64,000 nucleotides of DNA from an uncultured SAR86 cluster bacterium (GTDB lineage Bacteria; Pseudomonadota; Gammaproteobacteria; Magnimaribacterales; D2472). Positions 43,402 to 53,005 of the stretch are shown here, piece after piece; position 1 is the first letter of the stretch, and each line of letters starts with the position of its first letter. The position numbers were made by a program, and so were the translations under genes. The stretch spans positions 21,197 to 85,196 of the forward strand of contig CACADH010000004.1 in NCBI GenBank assembly GCA_902531245.1. Direction: 5' to 3'. The notes under the pieces are model-generated. The model was not told the origin of the DNA. It made no database searches and saw nothing but the letters and a program-made list of their open reading frames with translations.

Positions 43402-44450
43402 ATTTTTTTGTATGATGATATGGACATCAATGCAAGAATTACTGAAGGCAGAATTACTCCAATAAATACTGGCAAGCTATAAGATATAAATATTCCTATA
43501 GAAAGATCTTGAAATAATTTAAAAAGAAAGGCTCCTAAGACAGCAACAATAATCCTACCTCCAACAGTAGACTCTCTTAGTGATGTAAAAATTAGTGAGC
43601 CAAAGTATATTATTAATATCAATACAGAGATGGGTAAAAAAATTAGTTTATATAATGCTTTGTCTAAATGTGATTTAAATAAAATATCGCTATCTATGTT
43701 GCTTTCTTTAAATAAATTTCTATAAGCATTAATCTCATGTAATCCCAAATTACTAATATTACTGAAAGTTATCCTCGACTGAATAGGAATTTCAAATGGT
43801 TCTTTGTAGTTCTTATTCTCCATGTCTTTGAAGTTCTTATAATTTGAATTCTCATTAAAAACAATCTCTTTATTATCAATAAATGCTATATCTGATTGAA
43901 TTGAATAAGCGATCTCCTTTTTGTCAATTTTGATTAGTTTCGCTTGATATATGTCATCAGAAATTATATTTTCAAAACTTAAATATGAATTACCAGATTT
44001 AATCCATTTAATATCATTATTATTTGAATTATCTTTTTTCGACAAAATATTTTTATTAACCTCTGCATTTAAATAAAGATTTCTAAAACTTATTTCATCT
44101 AGCACCAATAAAGACATTGTCAGGATTAAAGCTCCAATTGAACTAATTAAAATTATTCTAAGCGGAGGTTCTCCTGCTGATCTTAAAACATTTAGATTTC
44201 CTTCTTGATGAGATAACCCAAGAGAAAGCATAACTCCTAACAAACAGGCGCCTTCAATAAAATCAATTAGATTGTGTGGTAATGAATAAATGACATATCC
44301 TAATATTCTAAAAATGTCATATTGAGGTGATGCATTTTCTAATTCTGATATGAAGATAAATATAGAATCTAATACACCAAAAACCATCAAAATAAAAAAT
44401 GAGAAATAAAATGATCGTTTAATTAAATATTTATTAAATATCTTAATCAT
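43398..44450 (-). CDS. lptG: LPS export ABC transporter permease LptG
   Basis: YjgP/YjgQ-type permease (TM segments flanking a large periplasmic beta-jellyroll region). Second gene of the lptF-lptG pair divergent from pepA, as in E. coli. Confidence 0.85.
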   Translation of the reverse strand: MIKIFNKYLIKRSFYFSFFILMVFGVLDSIFIFISELENASPQYDIFRILGYVIYSLPHNLIDFIEGACLLGVMLSLGLSHQEGNLNVLRSAGEPPLRIILISSIGALILTMSLLVLDEISFRNLYLNAEVNKNILSKKDNSNNNDIKWIKSGNSYLSFENIISDDIYQAKLIKIDKKEIAYSIQSDIAFIDNKEIVFNENSNYKNFKDMENKNYKEPFEIPIQSRITFSNISNLGLHEINAYRNLFKESNIDSDILFKSHLDKALYKLIFLPISVLILIIYFGSLIFTSLRESTVGGRIIVAVLGAFLFKLFQDLSIGIFISYSLPVFIGVILPSVILALMSISSYKKI

Positions 44451-45607
44451 CCAAGAACCCAGTAAAAAATTAGAAAAATTAATCCAAATAATAAAAATCT
44501 TATAAAGTTATTATTCAATAAAATTAAGTTCGGCCTTAAGGTTTGACTCATATGAGTTTTAAATAACGTCAAAAGTGAGAAGCTTAAAAATATTATGTGG
44601 ACATACCAAATATAATTTTGAGCATTATATGAATTTTCACTATGCGATTCTCTAGCTAAAATCAGTAAGCTTAGGTAAAGAATGTAAACAAAAATTGCTG
44701 GCAGCAATACCGATAACCTGCCCTGCCTTGGGCCAACTTTAGATAAGGTGACACCCAAAATTAATAGAATAAAAATTGTTATTGGAATTGAAATATTCCA
44801 TTGTATTTCTGATTTTGAGGATTTGGTTGAAAAATCAAATAATTTTGTAAAAGATAATCCTGAAACAGGATCTTTATCGTTTTTAACAGGTAGCTTTAAT
44901 TTTCCAAAATAAGATACCACAGACGATTCACTAATAAATATGTCTTGATATAAAACGCCATTTTGAAAATTTAGGTTTATTTCAGAATCTGAATAATCAT
45001 AATCAAGTTTATCTGCAACTATGAGGGAAGAATAATCTTCATTTGATAAATATATAGTCACATTTTTAAAAGAGTCATTTTCCTTATTGTCTGCGTAAAT
45101 AAAACCATCCTCATCTTTTAAAGAAAATATTTCTTTTGATTTTATAGATTCAAATTGTTCCTTTAGAGTATCTAAAGTTAATATTTCTTTAGAAAGTTCC
45201 TTTGTATATGGAGCAATATATAAACTTAATAACATGGTAATTAAGAAAAAGATTAACGACTGTGGAAATAAAAATTTTATAAGGTCTTTTTCAGACAATC
45301 CTCCTGAAAAATAACCATATATTTCTCTATCAGCATATAGTCTGCTAACTGTAATAACAATTCCAAGAAAAAAAGATAATGGCAGTAAGAGCGTTATGAA
45401 ATCTGGAAACCTTAAGAAAACAACTTTAAATATTAAATTTGGATCGATTAATCCCTCAGAGGCTTGTTCAAAATACCCTACAAATCTAGAACTAACCACC
45501 AAAAAGAAGAAAATTAATAGAATCCCAACTGTTGATTTAAAAACTTCAACATTCAAGCTTTTTGAAAGAATATTTCTTTTATATATGCCTTGTGAACTAT
45601 GATGCAT
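44447..45607 (-). CDS. lptF: LPS export ABC transporter permease LptF
   Basis: YjgP/YjgQ-type permease. Divergent from pepA and overlaps lptG by 4 nt. Confidence 0.85.
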   Translation of the reverse strand: MHHSSQGIYKRNILSKSLNVEVFKSTVGILLIFFFLVVSSRFVGYFEQASEGLIDPNLIFKVVFLRFPDFITLLLPLSFFLGIVITVSRLYADREIYGYFSGGLSEKDLIKFLFPQSLIFFLITMLLSLYIAPYTKELSKEILTLDTLKEQFESIKSKEIFSLKDEDGFIYADNKENDSFKNVTIYLSNEDYSSLIVADKLDYDYSDSEINLNFQNGVLYQDIFISESSVVSYFGKLKLPVKNDKDPVSGLSFTKLFDFSTKSSKSEIQWNISIPITIFILLILGVTLSKVGPRQGRLSVLLPAIFVYILYLSLLILARESHSENSYNAQNYIWYVHIIFLSFSLLTLFKTHMSQTLRPNLILLNNNFIRFLLFGLIFLIFYWVLG

Positions 45608-45653
45608 TACAATAAATATCTTACCAGTATTGAATTAAAAAGGAGATAAGAAA

Positions 45654-47201
45654 ATGACATATAAAGTACTTAATAATATAACTTTAAAGAACGTTAATAA
45701 TGGAGTTATATCAAACATAGCTACTGACTTACTTGTTATACCTATTAATAAAAAAGTAATGGCATCTGCTGAATTTAAAGAACTTGATAAAAAGTCAAAG
45801 GGATATCTCTCTAAATCTGCTAAAGATTCTCTAAGTCCCTCTCATCAAAGTCATGTTATTACTTCTCTTGATTCTATTAGCGCAAAGAAAATTCTTCTTT
45901 TAAAAGATATTGACCAGAAAAATGATATATATTTATGGTTAAACAAATACAAATCCATTGCAAAAATTGCTAATTCACTGGACTGTAAAAGTTTATCAAT
46001 TTTAGATGGTCAATCTTATCCTGCTGGTAAAGACCAATCATGGTTCTTAGAAATGATTGCTAGATCAATTGAATCAGGAGCTTATATTTTCTCAACAACT
46101 AAAAATAAAACAGCTAAAACTGAAAAAGTTGGTAGTAATGTAGTGTCTAGTAAGGCTTCTATAAAAAATGTTTCAATAATAACTTCAAAGCTTTCAGCAA
46201 ATGGTATAAAAAAAGCTAAAGCATCAATATCAAGAGGTTTTTCTGTTGGAGAAGGTGTTAATACTGCAAAACATCTTGGGGACTTACCCGCAAATCATGC
46301 GACACCAAAATTGATTGAAAAAATTGTAAAAAATACTCTTAAACAATATTCGGGATTAAAGGTTAAAACATTAAATGAAAAAGATTTAGCAAGGTTAAAA
46401 ATGGGTTCTTACTTAAGTGTATCTAAGGGAAGTGATGAACCTCCTAGAATGATAATCATTGAATATAATGGTGGTAAAAAAGCTGAAAAACCTGTTGCGC
46501 TAGTTGGAAAAGGAATTACTTTTGATACTGGAGGTATTTCAATTAAGCCTAGTTCGGGTATGGATGAAATGAAATGGGATATGTGTGGGGCCGGAACTGT
46601 TTTTGGAGTAATGTGCTCTCTTGCAAGAGCTAAAGCAGATGTTAATGTTGTTGGCATTATGGCATGTGCAGAGAATATGCCTTCAGCAAGAGCAACAAAG
46701 CCTGGTGATGTTGTTACCTCAATGTCAGGCCAAACTATAGAGGTATTAAATACTGATGCTGAAGGAAGATTAGTCTTAGCAGATGCTCTGACTTATGTAG
46801 GAAGATATAAACCATCATATGTTATAGATATGGCAACTTTAACAGGAGCAGTTGTTATAGCTCTTGGGAGTCATGCAAGTGGAGTAATGGCAAATAATCA
46901 ATTCCTAGCTGACAAAATTATCGAATCTGGTGAAGAAACTGGAGATAGAGCATGGCAATTACCTCTTTGGAATGAATATAAATCTTGTACTAGGACTAAT
47001 TTTGCTGATTTAGCAAATATAGGTGGTGGAAGAGAAGCTGGAACAATTCATGCTGCAGCATTTTTATCTAAATTTGCTGAAGATTATAAATGGGCACATA
47101 TGGATATAGCTGCATCAGCCTGGTCTAGTTCACCAAAGGGCGGTACTGGGAGACCGGTTCCTCTAATCTGTGATTTAATCTTAAACAAAAAACTTAAATA
47201 A
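45654..47201 (+). CDS. pepA: Leucyl aminopeptidase (M17)
   Basis: M17 signature NTDAEGRLVLADAL, plus VGKGITFDTGG and the metal ligands. 515 aa. Confidence 0.96.
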   Translation: MTYKVLNNITLKNVNNGVISNIATDLLVIPINKKVMASAEFKELDKKSKGYLSKSAKDSLSPSHQSHVITSLDSISAKKILLLKDIDQKNDIYLWLNKYKSIAKIANSLDCKSLSILDGQSYPAGKDQSWFLEMIARSIESGAYIFSTTKNKTAKTEKVGSNVVSSKASIKNVSIITSKLSANGIKKAKASISRGFSVGEGVNTAKHLGDLPANHATPKLIEKIVKNTLKQYSGLKVKTLNEKDLARLKMGSYLSVSKGSDEPPRMIIIEYNGGKKAEKPVALVGKGITFDTGGISIKPSSGMDEMKWDMCGAGTVFGVMCSLARAKADVNVVGIMACAENMPSARATKPGDVVTSMSGQTIEVLNTDAEGRLVLADALTYVGRYKPSYVIDMATLTGAVVIALGSHASGVMANNQFLADKIIESGEETGDRAWQLPLWNEYKSCTRTNFADLANIGGGREAGTIHAAAFLSKFAEDYKWAHMDIAASAWSSSPKGGTGRPVPLICDLILNKKLK

Positions 47202-47208
47202 GTAAGTA

Positions 47209-49428
47209 ATGGATAAAAGGTATAACCCAACCGAAGTTGAGGAGAAATGGGTTGAAATTTGGTCAAAGAAAGTTTTCTTCAATAAAGATAGTGAGGAATC
47301 TTTTTCACAGGTAATACCTCCACCAAATGTTACAGGAACTCTGCATATGGGACACAGTTTTCAATATGCAATTATGGATTTTTATACTAGATATCATCAT
47401 ATGAGTGGTAAAAAATCTCACTGGCAAGTTGGAGCGGATCATGCAGGAATAGCTACTCAGCTTGTTGTAGAGAATAATCTTGGAAAAGAAAATCTTGATA
47501 GAAAAGAAATGGGTAGGGATAAATTTCTAAGTGAAGTATGGAAATGGAAAGATTTTTCGGAAGAAAGAATACAATCTCAAATAAAAAGATTAGGATCTTC
47601 TGTAGATTGGAATAAATATAGATTCACTCTAGACGATGGGTTTACAAAAGCGGTAAACAAGGCTTTTATTGAGTTATATCGTAAAGATAAAATTTATAGA
47701 GGTTATAGACTAGTTAATTGGGATCCTTCATTGAAAACTGCTGTTTCAGATCTAGAGGTTGTAAGGCAAGAAAAAAAGGGTCTTATTTGGCATATTAAAT
47801 ATCATATAGATGATTCAGATAAATTTATTACAATAGCAACAACAAGACCTGAAACTATGTTCGGCGATATGGCAATTGCTGTTAATCCCAAAGACTCTCG
47901 GTATAAATCTCTGATTGGTAAACATGCGCTTCTTCCGTTTGTGGATAGAAAATTGCCGATTATTGGTGATGAGTATGTAGATATGGAATTTGGTACTGGT
48001 TGCCTAAAGATAACTCCAGGGCATGATTTTAATGATTATGAAATAGGAAAAAAATACTCTCTATATGAAGAAGATAATATTGTGCTTACCTCAAAAAATA
48101 TTGATGATTTCAAGCCAATTAATATATTTAATGATGAGGCATGGACTAATGAAAATGTTCCAGAATTATTTAGAAACCTAGATAGGTTTAAAGTAAGAAA
48201 ATTAGTACTAAGTGAATTGGCAAAATTAGAACTTCTTGTCAAAGAAGAAGAATATGATGTAAGTGTTCCTAGAGGAGAAAGATCAAATATAGTAATTGAG
48301 CCAAGATTAAGCAACCAATGGTATGTAAAAACTTCTGATATGGCTAAAAAAGCCAACAAGGAGGTAGAAAATGGAAATATCAAATTTCATCCAGAAAACT
48401 GGGTTAAAACGTATTTTAATTGGATGGACAATATTGAGGACTGGTGCATAAGTCGACAAATTTGGTGGGGTCATAGAATTCCTGCATGGTATGACCAAGA
48501 AGGAAATATTTATGTTGGTGAAAATGAAAAAAATATTAGGGAGCACTACAAATTGAATGATATTGAACTTCATCAAGATGAAGATGTTCTAGATACCTGG
48601 TTTTCATCAAGCTTATGGCCATTTGGTTCGTTAGGATGGCCTGAAAATACTGAAGATTTTGATAATTTTTTTCCTACATCACTTCTTGTTACAGGTTTTG
48701 ACATAATTTTCTTCTGGGTTGCAAGAATGATGATGATGAGTCTTGAGTTCACGGGAAAAATACCTTTTAAAGATGTTTATGTCACAGGCTTAATAAGAGA
48801 TGAAAATGGTCAAAAAATGTCAAAATCTAAAGGAAACATTATTGATCCAATTGATTTAATTTATGGCATTTCTCTTGAGGATCTTGTTAAAAAAAGAACA
48901 ACCAATCTCATGCAAGAAGGAATATCTGAAAAAATTGAAAAGAAAACAAGGAAACAATTTCCTAATGGAATAGATTCCTATGGAACAGACGCTTTGAGAA
49001 TGACATTCTTTTCATTAGCAACTCATACCAAAGACATCAGCTTTGAATTTGGTCGACTTAAAGGCTTTAGGAATTTTTGTACAAAAATTTGGAATGCAGC
49101 AAGATTTATTGATGGATATCCAAAAGAAAGAGACTCTTTTATTGAAGAGAATGATAATGATAAATGGATATATGAAGAATTTCTTAAGTCAACAAATCAA
49201 ATCAACAAAAATATTCAAGATTACAGATTAGATTTTGCAATTAATGAAATTTATGAATTTTTCTGGAATAAGTTCTGTGACATTTATATTGAAGATTGTA
49301 AGAAATCTGGAAATACTGCGAACTTAAGACCTTTATTAAAAGAAATCTTATATGTAATACATCCATTTGCTCCTTTTATCACTGAAGAAATTAATAGTAT
49401 TTTATTTCAAGAAAGAATCATTGATTAG
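47209..49428 (+). CDS. valS: Valine--tRNA ligase, C-terminally short form (739 aa)
   Basis: HIGH variant PPPNVTGTLHMGH, CP1 editing domain (TTRPETMFGD, GTGCLKITPGHD) and KMSKSKGN. Ends just after HPFAPFITEEI, which aligns with E. coli ...HP.IPFITE.IW at roughly residue 745 of ~950. Confidence 0.93.
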   Translation: MDKRYNPTEVEEKWVEIWSKKVFFNKDSEESFSQVIPPPNVTGTLHMGHSFQYAIMDFYTRYHHMSGKKSHWQVGADHAGIATQLVVENNLGKENLDRKEMGRDKFLSEVWKWKDFSEERIQSQIKRLGSSVDWNKYRFTLDDGFTKAVNKAFIELYRKDKIYRGYRLVNWDPSLKTAVSDLEVVRQEKKGLIWHIKYHIDDSDKFITIATTRPETMFGDMAIAVNPKDSRYKSLIGKHALLPFVDRKLPIIGDEYVDMEFGTGCLKITPGHDFNDYEIGKKYSLYEEDNIVLTSKNIDDFKPINIFNDEAWTNENVPELFRNLDRFKVRKLVLSELAKLELLVKEEEYDVSVPRGERSNIVIEPRLSNQWYVKTSDMAKKANKEVENGNIKFHPENWVKTYFNWMDNIEDWCISRQIWWGHRIPAWYDQEGNIYVGENEKNIREHYKLNDIELHQDEDVLDTWFSSSLWPFGSLGWPENTEDFDNFFPTSLLVTGFDIIFFWVARMMMMSLEFTGKIPFKDVYVTGLIRDENGQKMSKSKGNIIDPIDLIYGISLEDLVKKRTTNLMQEGISEKIEKKTRKQFPNGIDSYGTDALRMTFFSLATHTKDISFEFGRLKGFRNFCTKIWNAARFIDGYPKERDSFIEENDNDKWIYEEFLKSTNQINKNIQDYRLDFAINEIYEFFWNKFCDIYIEDCKKSGNTANLRPLLKEILYVIHPFAPFITEEINSILFQERIID

Positions 49429-49879
49429 GCGGAATATACATTTGAATATGGTCTATGTCATCCTCTAAATAGACCTCGCCTCTCGATATGAATCCAAGGT
49501 CTTTATAAAATTCTTCAAGTCTATGTTGAGCTGAAATTACAATTTCATGACTGGGATATTTTTCTTTTAAAAAGCTTTTTCCAATGTTTGTTATTTCTAT
49601 GCCAAGCGACTGATTTCTCATAGTTTCTTCAACAACAATCCTTCCCATTGAGGAACCTTGATACTTAATATCAGGTGCGAAAGCTCTCAAATACGCTACA
49701 AGCTTTTCTCCTTCATACCCCAATAAATGAAATGCATTCTGATCTGAATAATCAGCATCAATATATGGGCAATCTTGTTCCAGAACAAAGACTTTTTGTC
49801 TTAAATTTAAAATGGCATATAAATCATCTAAAGATAATTCTTCAAATTTTTTCCAAACAAATTCAATTTTTTTATTCAC
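49418..49879 (-). CDS. GNAT family N-acetyltransferase, ElaA-like
   Basis: 153 aa. L.LRQKVFVLEQDCPY.D.D and a GNAT core (GRIVVEETMRNQSLG), collinear with E. coli ElaA. The 3' end overlaps valS by 11 nt. Confidence 0.8.
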   Translation of the reverse strand: MNKKIEFVWKKFEELSLDDLYAILNLRQKVFVLEQDCPYIDADYSDQNAFHLLGYEGEKLVAYLRAFAPDIKYQGSSMGRIVVEETMRNQSLGIEITNIGKSFLKEKYPSHEIVISAQHRLEEFYKDLGFISRGEVYLEDDIDHIQMYIPPNQ

Positions 49880-49949
49880 AAGCCTATTTAGTTTATTTTT
49901 GTATTACATATATAATATCGAAATATTTTCGCACACATATTAAAAATTT

Positions 49950-50429
49950 ATGGAAACTATTTATAATTTTTCAGTTAAGGACGCAGACTTAACAGATATT
50001 TCTTTGAAAAAGTATGAGAATAAAATTATTTTAATAGTAAACGTTGCAAGTTTTTGTGGACTTACATATCAATATAAGGGCTTAGAAAATATTTATAAAA
50101 AATACAAAGACGAAGGTTTTGAAATTATAGGATTCCCTTGCAATCAGTTCGCTTTTCAGGAACCTGGTAGTAACCAAGAAATTAAAGAATTCTGTGATAC
50201 TAACTATGGAGTAACTTTTGAAATCATGAGCAAGATAAAAGTTAATGGGCCTAAGGCTGATCCATTGTTCAAGTTTCTAAAAAAACAAAAGTCCGGAATT
50301 GCAGGAACTCCTCAAATAAAATGGAATTTTACAAAATTCTTAATTAATAGAGATGGTGAAGTCATAAAACGATTTGGTCCAAAAATTGAAGCAAAGGATA
50401 TAGAGTCAACTATTCAAAAAATTTTATAA
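49950..50429 (+). CDS. gpx: Glutathione peroxidase (Cys-type)
   Basis: VASFCGLT (peroxidatic Cys), GFPCNQF, WNFTKFL. 159 aa. Confidence 0.93.
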   Translation: METIYNFSVKDADLTDISLKKYENKIILIVNVASFCGLTYQYKGLENIYKKYKDEGFEIIGFPCNQFAFQEPGSNQEIKEFCDTNYGVTFEIMSKIKVNGPKADPLFKFLKKQKSGIAGTPQIKWNFTKFLINRDGEVIKRFGPKIEAKDIESTIQKIL

Positions 50430-50430
50430 C

Positions 50431-50868
50431 CTATATATCTAGACTCATTAAGACAGCATCATCAGGATATTCTCCTGAATAATAATTAGCTCTTAGTGCA
50501 TCCTTAACAAAATTATATTTTTGATAAAATTTAATTGCATTTAGATTCTTTGATCTAACTTCTAAAAAAACCTTCTTTGCCCCTAATACTTTTGATTGTT
50601 TTATAAGTGTTTCTATCAATAAACTCCCAGCACCCTTTTTTCGCCATTTTTTTAGAACAGCAACGTTTAAAAGATGACTTTCTTTTTTAATTACTGAAAA
50701 TACTATAAACCCTATTAATTCTTTGTCAGCTTTACAGATGAGAGAATGATGTCCAACATCAAAAGATGAAAAAAAATTATTTCTTGACCATGGGGTTGGG
50801 TTTGATTCTTGCTCAATCTTATATGCATTTTCTAAATCAGATTGATCCATCAGCGCAATTTTAAACAT
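50431..50868 (-). CDS. rimI: Ribosomal-protein-alanine N-acetyltransferase
   Basis: GNAT motif A (VLKKWRKKGAGSLL), then LEVRSKN..AIKFYQKYNF. Directly downstream of holD, as in the E. coli holD-rimI operon. Confidence 0.85.
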   Translation of the reverse strand: MFKIALMDQSDLENAYKIEQESNPTPWSRNNFFSSFDVGHHSLICKADKELIGFIVFSVIKKESHLLNVAVLKKWRKKGAGSLLIETLIKQSKVLGAKKVFLEVRSKNLNAIKFYQKYNFVKDALRANYYSGEYPDDAVLMSLDI

Positions 50869-50874
50869 GTCTTT

Positions 50875-51315
50875 CTATAAATCTAATTTCTCTTTTATAT
50901 TTATCCAAAGATCTTTTTTTAGATTTTTTATATTGCTGAGCTCATTTATAGATGGAGCTTTTATATATTCACAATCAGGTAAATAATCATTTGAAATTTT
51001 TCCAAACATAATTGCTAATTTATTCTTAGGAATACTCATTATTTCTTTGTTTAATTCACTTTTTGAAGAGTATGTAATTGTTTTAAAAATTTCTTTTCCT
51101 TCATCGAGTTTTGTTGAACTAAGAATTGCTCTAAGTAAATCTTTATATTCATCAATTAAATCTTCATAAGGTTTATCAAGTAATGCTAGAATGTGCCCCT
51201 TTTGAAAGAAACTAAAATTCTTTAATGAAGATTGATCAGCGTTAGATCTTAATGAATATCTTTTAATGCCGATCTCTTTTAATATAAGGTTAGTTTTTAT
51301 TTCAGGAGTGAGCAT
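50875..51315 (-). CDS. holD: DNA polymerase III psi subunit (HolD-like)
   Basis: From the ATG at 51315, MLTPEIKTNLILKEIGIKRYSLRSN resembles E. coli psi ...QLQQLGITQWSLRRP. The C-terminal PSINELSNIKNLKKDLWINI resembles SPALTDLRANPTARAALWQQI. Sits upstream of rimI. Sequence is divergent, so moderate confidence. I reject the longer ORF-track start at 51414. Confidence 0.65.
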   Translation of the reverse strand: MLTPEIKTNLILKEIGIKRYSLRSNADQSSLKNFSFFQKGHILALLDKPYEDLIDEYKDLLRAILSSTKLDEGKEIFKTITYSSKSELNKEIMSIPKNKLAIMFGKISNDYLPDCEYIKAPSINELSNIKNLKKDLWINIKEKLDL

Positions 51316-51346
51316 AATAAATATAATAACATTTAGTTTATAGATA

Positions 51347-53005
51347 ATGGATAACCCTACAGACAAATATTCAGCTTTTAAGCCAATAGATTTAAAAAAT
51401 CGTAACTGGCCCAATAAGCTTATTGAAAAAGCCCCTATTTGGTGCTCTGTTGACCTAAGAGATGGGAATCAAGCTCTTATAGAGCCTATGGGTGCAGAAA
51501 GAAAAAATCGAATGTTTGATCTGCTATGTAAGCTAGGATTTAAAGAAATAGAAATAGGATTTCCGTCAGCATCAAAAACTGATTTTGACTTTGTTAGAGA
51601 TTTAATTGAAAACAAAAAAATTCCATCTGATGTCAATATACAGGTTTTAACCCAAGCAAGAGAAGAACTTATTATTAACACTTTTGAAGCCCTTAAAGGT
51701 GCTTCCAAGGCAATAGTGCATTTCTACAATTCAACATCTACATTACAAAGAAGAGTTGTTTTTGATCAAGATAAAGATGGGATAAAAAAAATTGCTACTG
51801 ATGCCGCTGAATTAATTAAAAGATTAGCTACAGAAAATACTTCTACGGAATGGACTTTTGAATACTCTCCTGAAAGCTTTACAGGAACAGAATTAGAATA
51901 TGCGAGAGAAGTATGTGACGAAGTTGTTGAGATACTAAAACCTGTATCTAAAAATAAAATAATTATTAATCTTCCTGCAACTGTAGAGATGTCAACACCA
52001 AACATATACGGTGATCAAATAGAATGGATGAACAACAATCTAAAGAATAGAAAAGATATATGTTTAAGTCTTCATCCTCATAATGACAGAGGTACTGCTG
52101 TTGCTGCATCAGAGTTTGGACTTATGGCTGGAGCAGATAGAGTTGAAGGAACATTATTTGGAAATGGTGAAAGAACTGGTAATGTCGATATAGTAACAAT
52201 AGCATTAAACATGCTTACTCAAGGAATTGAACCAGAATTAGATTTTTCTAATATCAACTCTGTTATGAGAGAAGTTGAATACTGCAATCAGCTTCCTGTT
52301 CATCCAAGGCATCCTTATGCTGGAGACTTAGTTTTCACAGCATTCTCTGGTTCTCACCAAGATGCAATTAAAAAAGGCTTTCAAGCTATCAAGAAATCTA
52401 ATGATCCAAAATGGGAAGTTCCATATCTTCCAATTGATCCAGCAGATTTAGGAAGAAATTATGAAGCAGTCGTTCGTATTAACTCTCAGTCAGGTAAAGG
52501 TGGAGTTGCTTTTCTTTTAGAAAAAGACCACGGGGTATCTCTTCCAAGAAGACTTCAAATAAGCTTAAGTCAAAAAATTCAAAAATTAGCTGATGAGTCT
52601 GGTAAAGAGATAAGCAGCTCAGAAATATGGGATATTTTTGAAAAAAGCTATTTGCAACCTGTTAATAATTTTTCTTATATAAAGCATGCATCTTCTTCGA
52701 AACAAGAAATGCATTCACTAGAACTCACAATGAATATGAATGATAGAGAGACAATAATACAAGGTTCTGGAAATGGTCCTATTGATTCATTTATTAATGG
52801 TTTATCAAATGAAGTTGGAGTGAATATAAAGGTAGCGGATTATCATCAATCAGCAATATCATCAGGGTCTGATGCAAAAGCAGCAGCTTACATAGAGCTT
52901 GAAAATAATGGAGAAACCTTTTGGGGTGTAGGAATCCACCCTAATACAACGAGAGCTTCTTTCGACGCAATAATAGTTGGTCTAAGTAAATTGCTTAAAG
53001 ATTAA
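51347..53005 (+). CDS. leuA: 2-isopropylmalate synthase (long, LeuA type 2)
   Basis: N-terminal R.WP...I...P.WCSVDLRDGNQAL, HPHNDRGTAVA and a C-terminal LeuA dimerisation/regulatory domain. 552 aa. Confidence 0.95.
   Translation: MDNPTDKYSAFKPIDLKNRNWPNKLIEKAPIWCSVDLRDGNQALIEPMGAERKNRMFDLLCKLGFKEIEIGFPSASKTDFDFVRDLIENKKIPSDVNIQVLTQAREELIINTFEALKGASKAIVHFYNSTSTLQRRVVFDQDKDGIKKIATDAAELIKRLATENTSTEWTFEYSPESFTGTELEYAREVCDEVVEILKPVSKNKIIINLPATVEMSTPNIYGDQIEWMNNNLKNRKDICLSLHPHNDRGTAVAASEFGLMAGADRVEGTLFGNGERTGNVDIVTIALNMLTQGIEPELDFSNINSVMREVEYCNQLPVHPRHPYAGDLVFTAFSGSHQDAIKKGFQAIKKSNDPKWEVPYLPIDPADLGRNYEAVVRINSQSGKGGVAFLLEKDHGVSLPRRLQISLSQKIQKLADESGKEISSSEIWDIFEKSYLQPVNNFSYIKHASSSKQEMHSLELTMNMNDRETIIQGSGNGPIDSFINGLSNEVGVNIKVADYHQSAISSGSDAKAAAYIELENNGETFWGVGIHPNTTRASFDAIIVGLSKLLKD

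Noticed and set aside
49429-49992. Possible displaced C-terminal part of valS in another plus-strand frame (including ORF 49675..49992)
   Set aside because: I translated the frames after the valS stop. All stop quickly or encode sequence unlike ValRS. The region is fully explained by the minus-strand ElaA-like gene.
51316-51414. N-terminal extension of the holD-like ORF overlapping the leuA start
   Set aside because: The extension would overlap leuA by 68 nt. The psi-like similarity begins at the Met at 51315.
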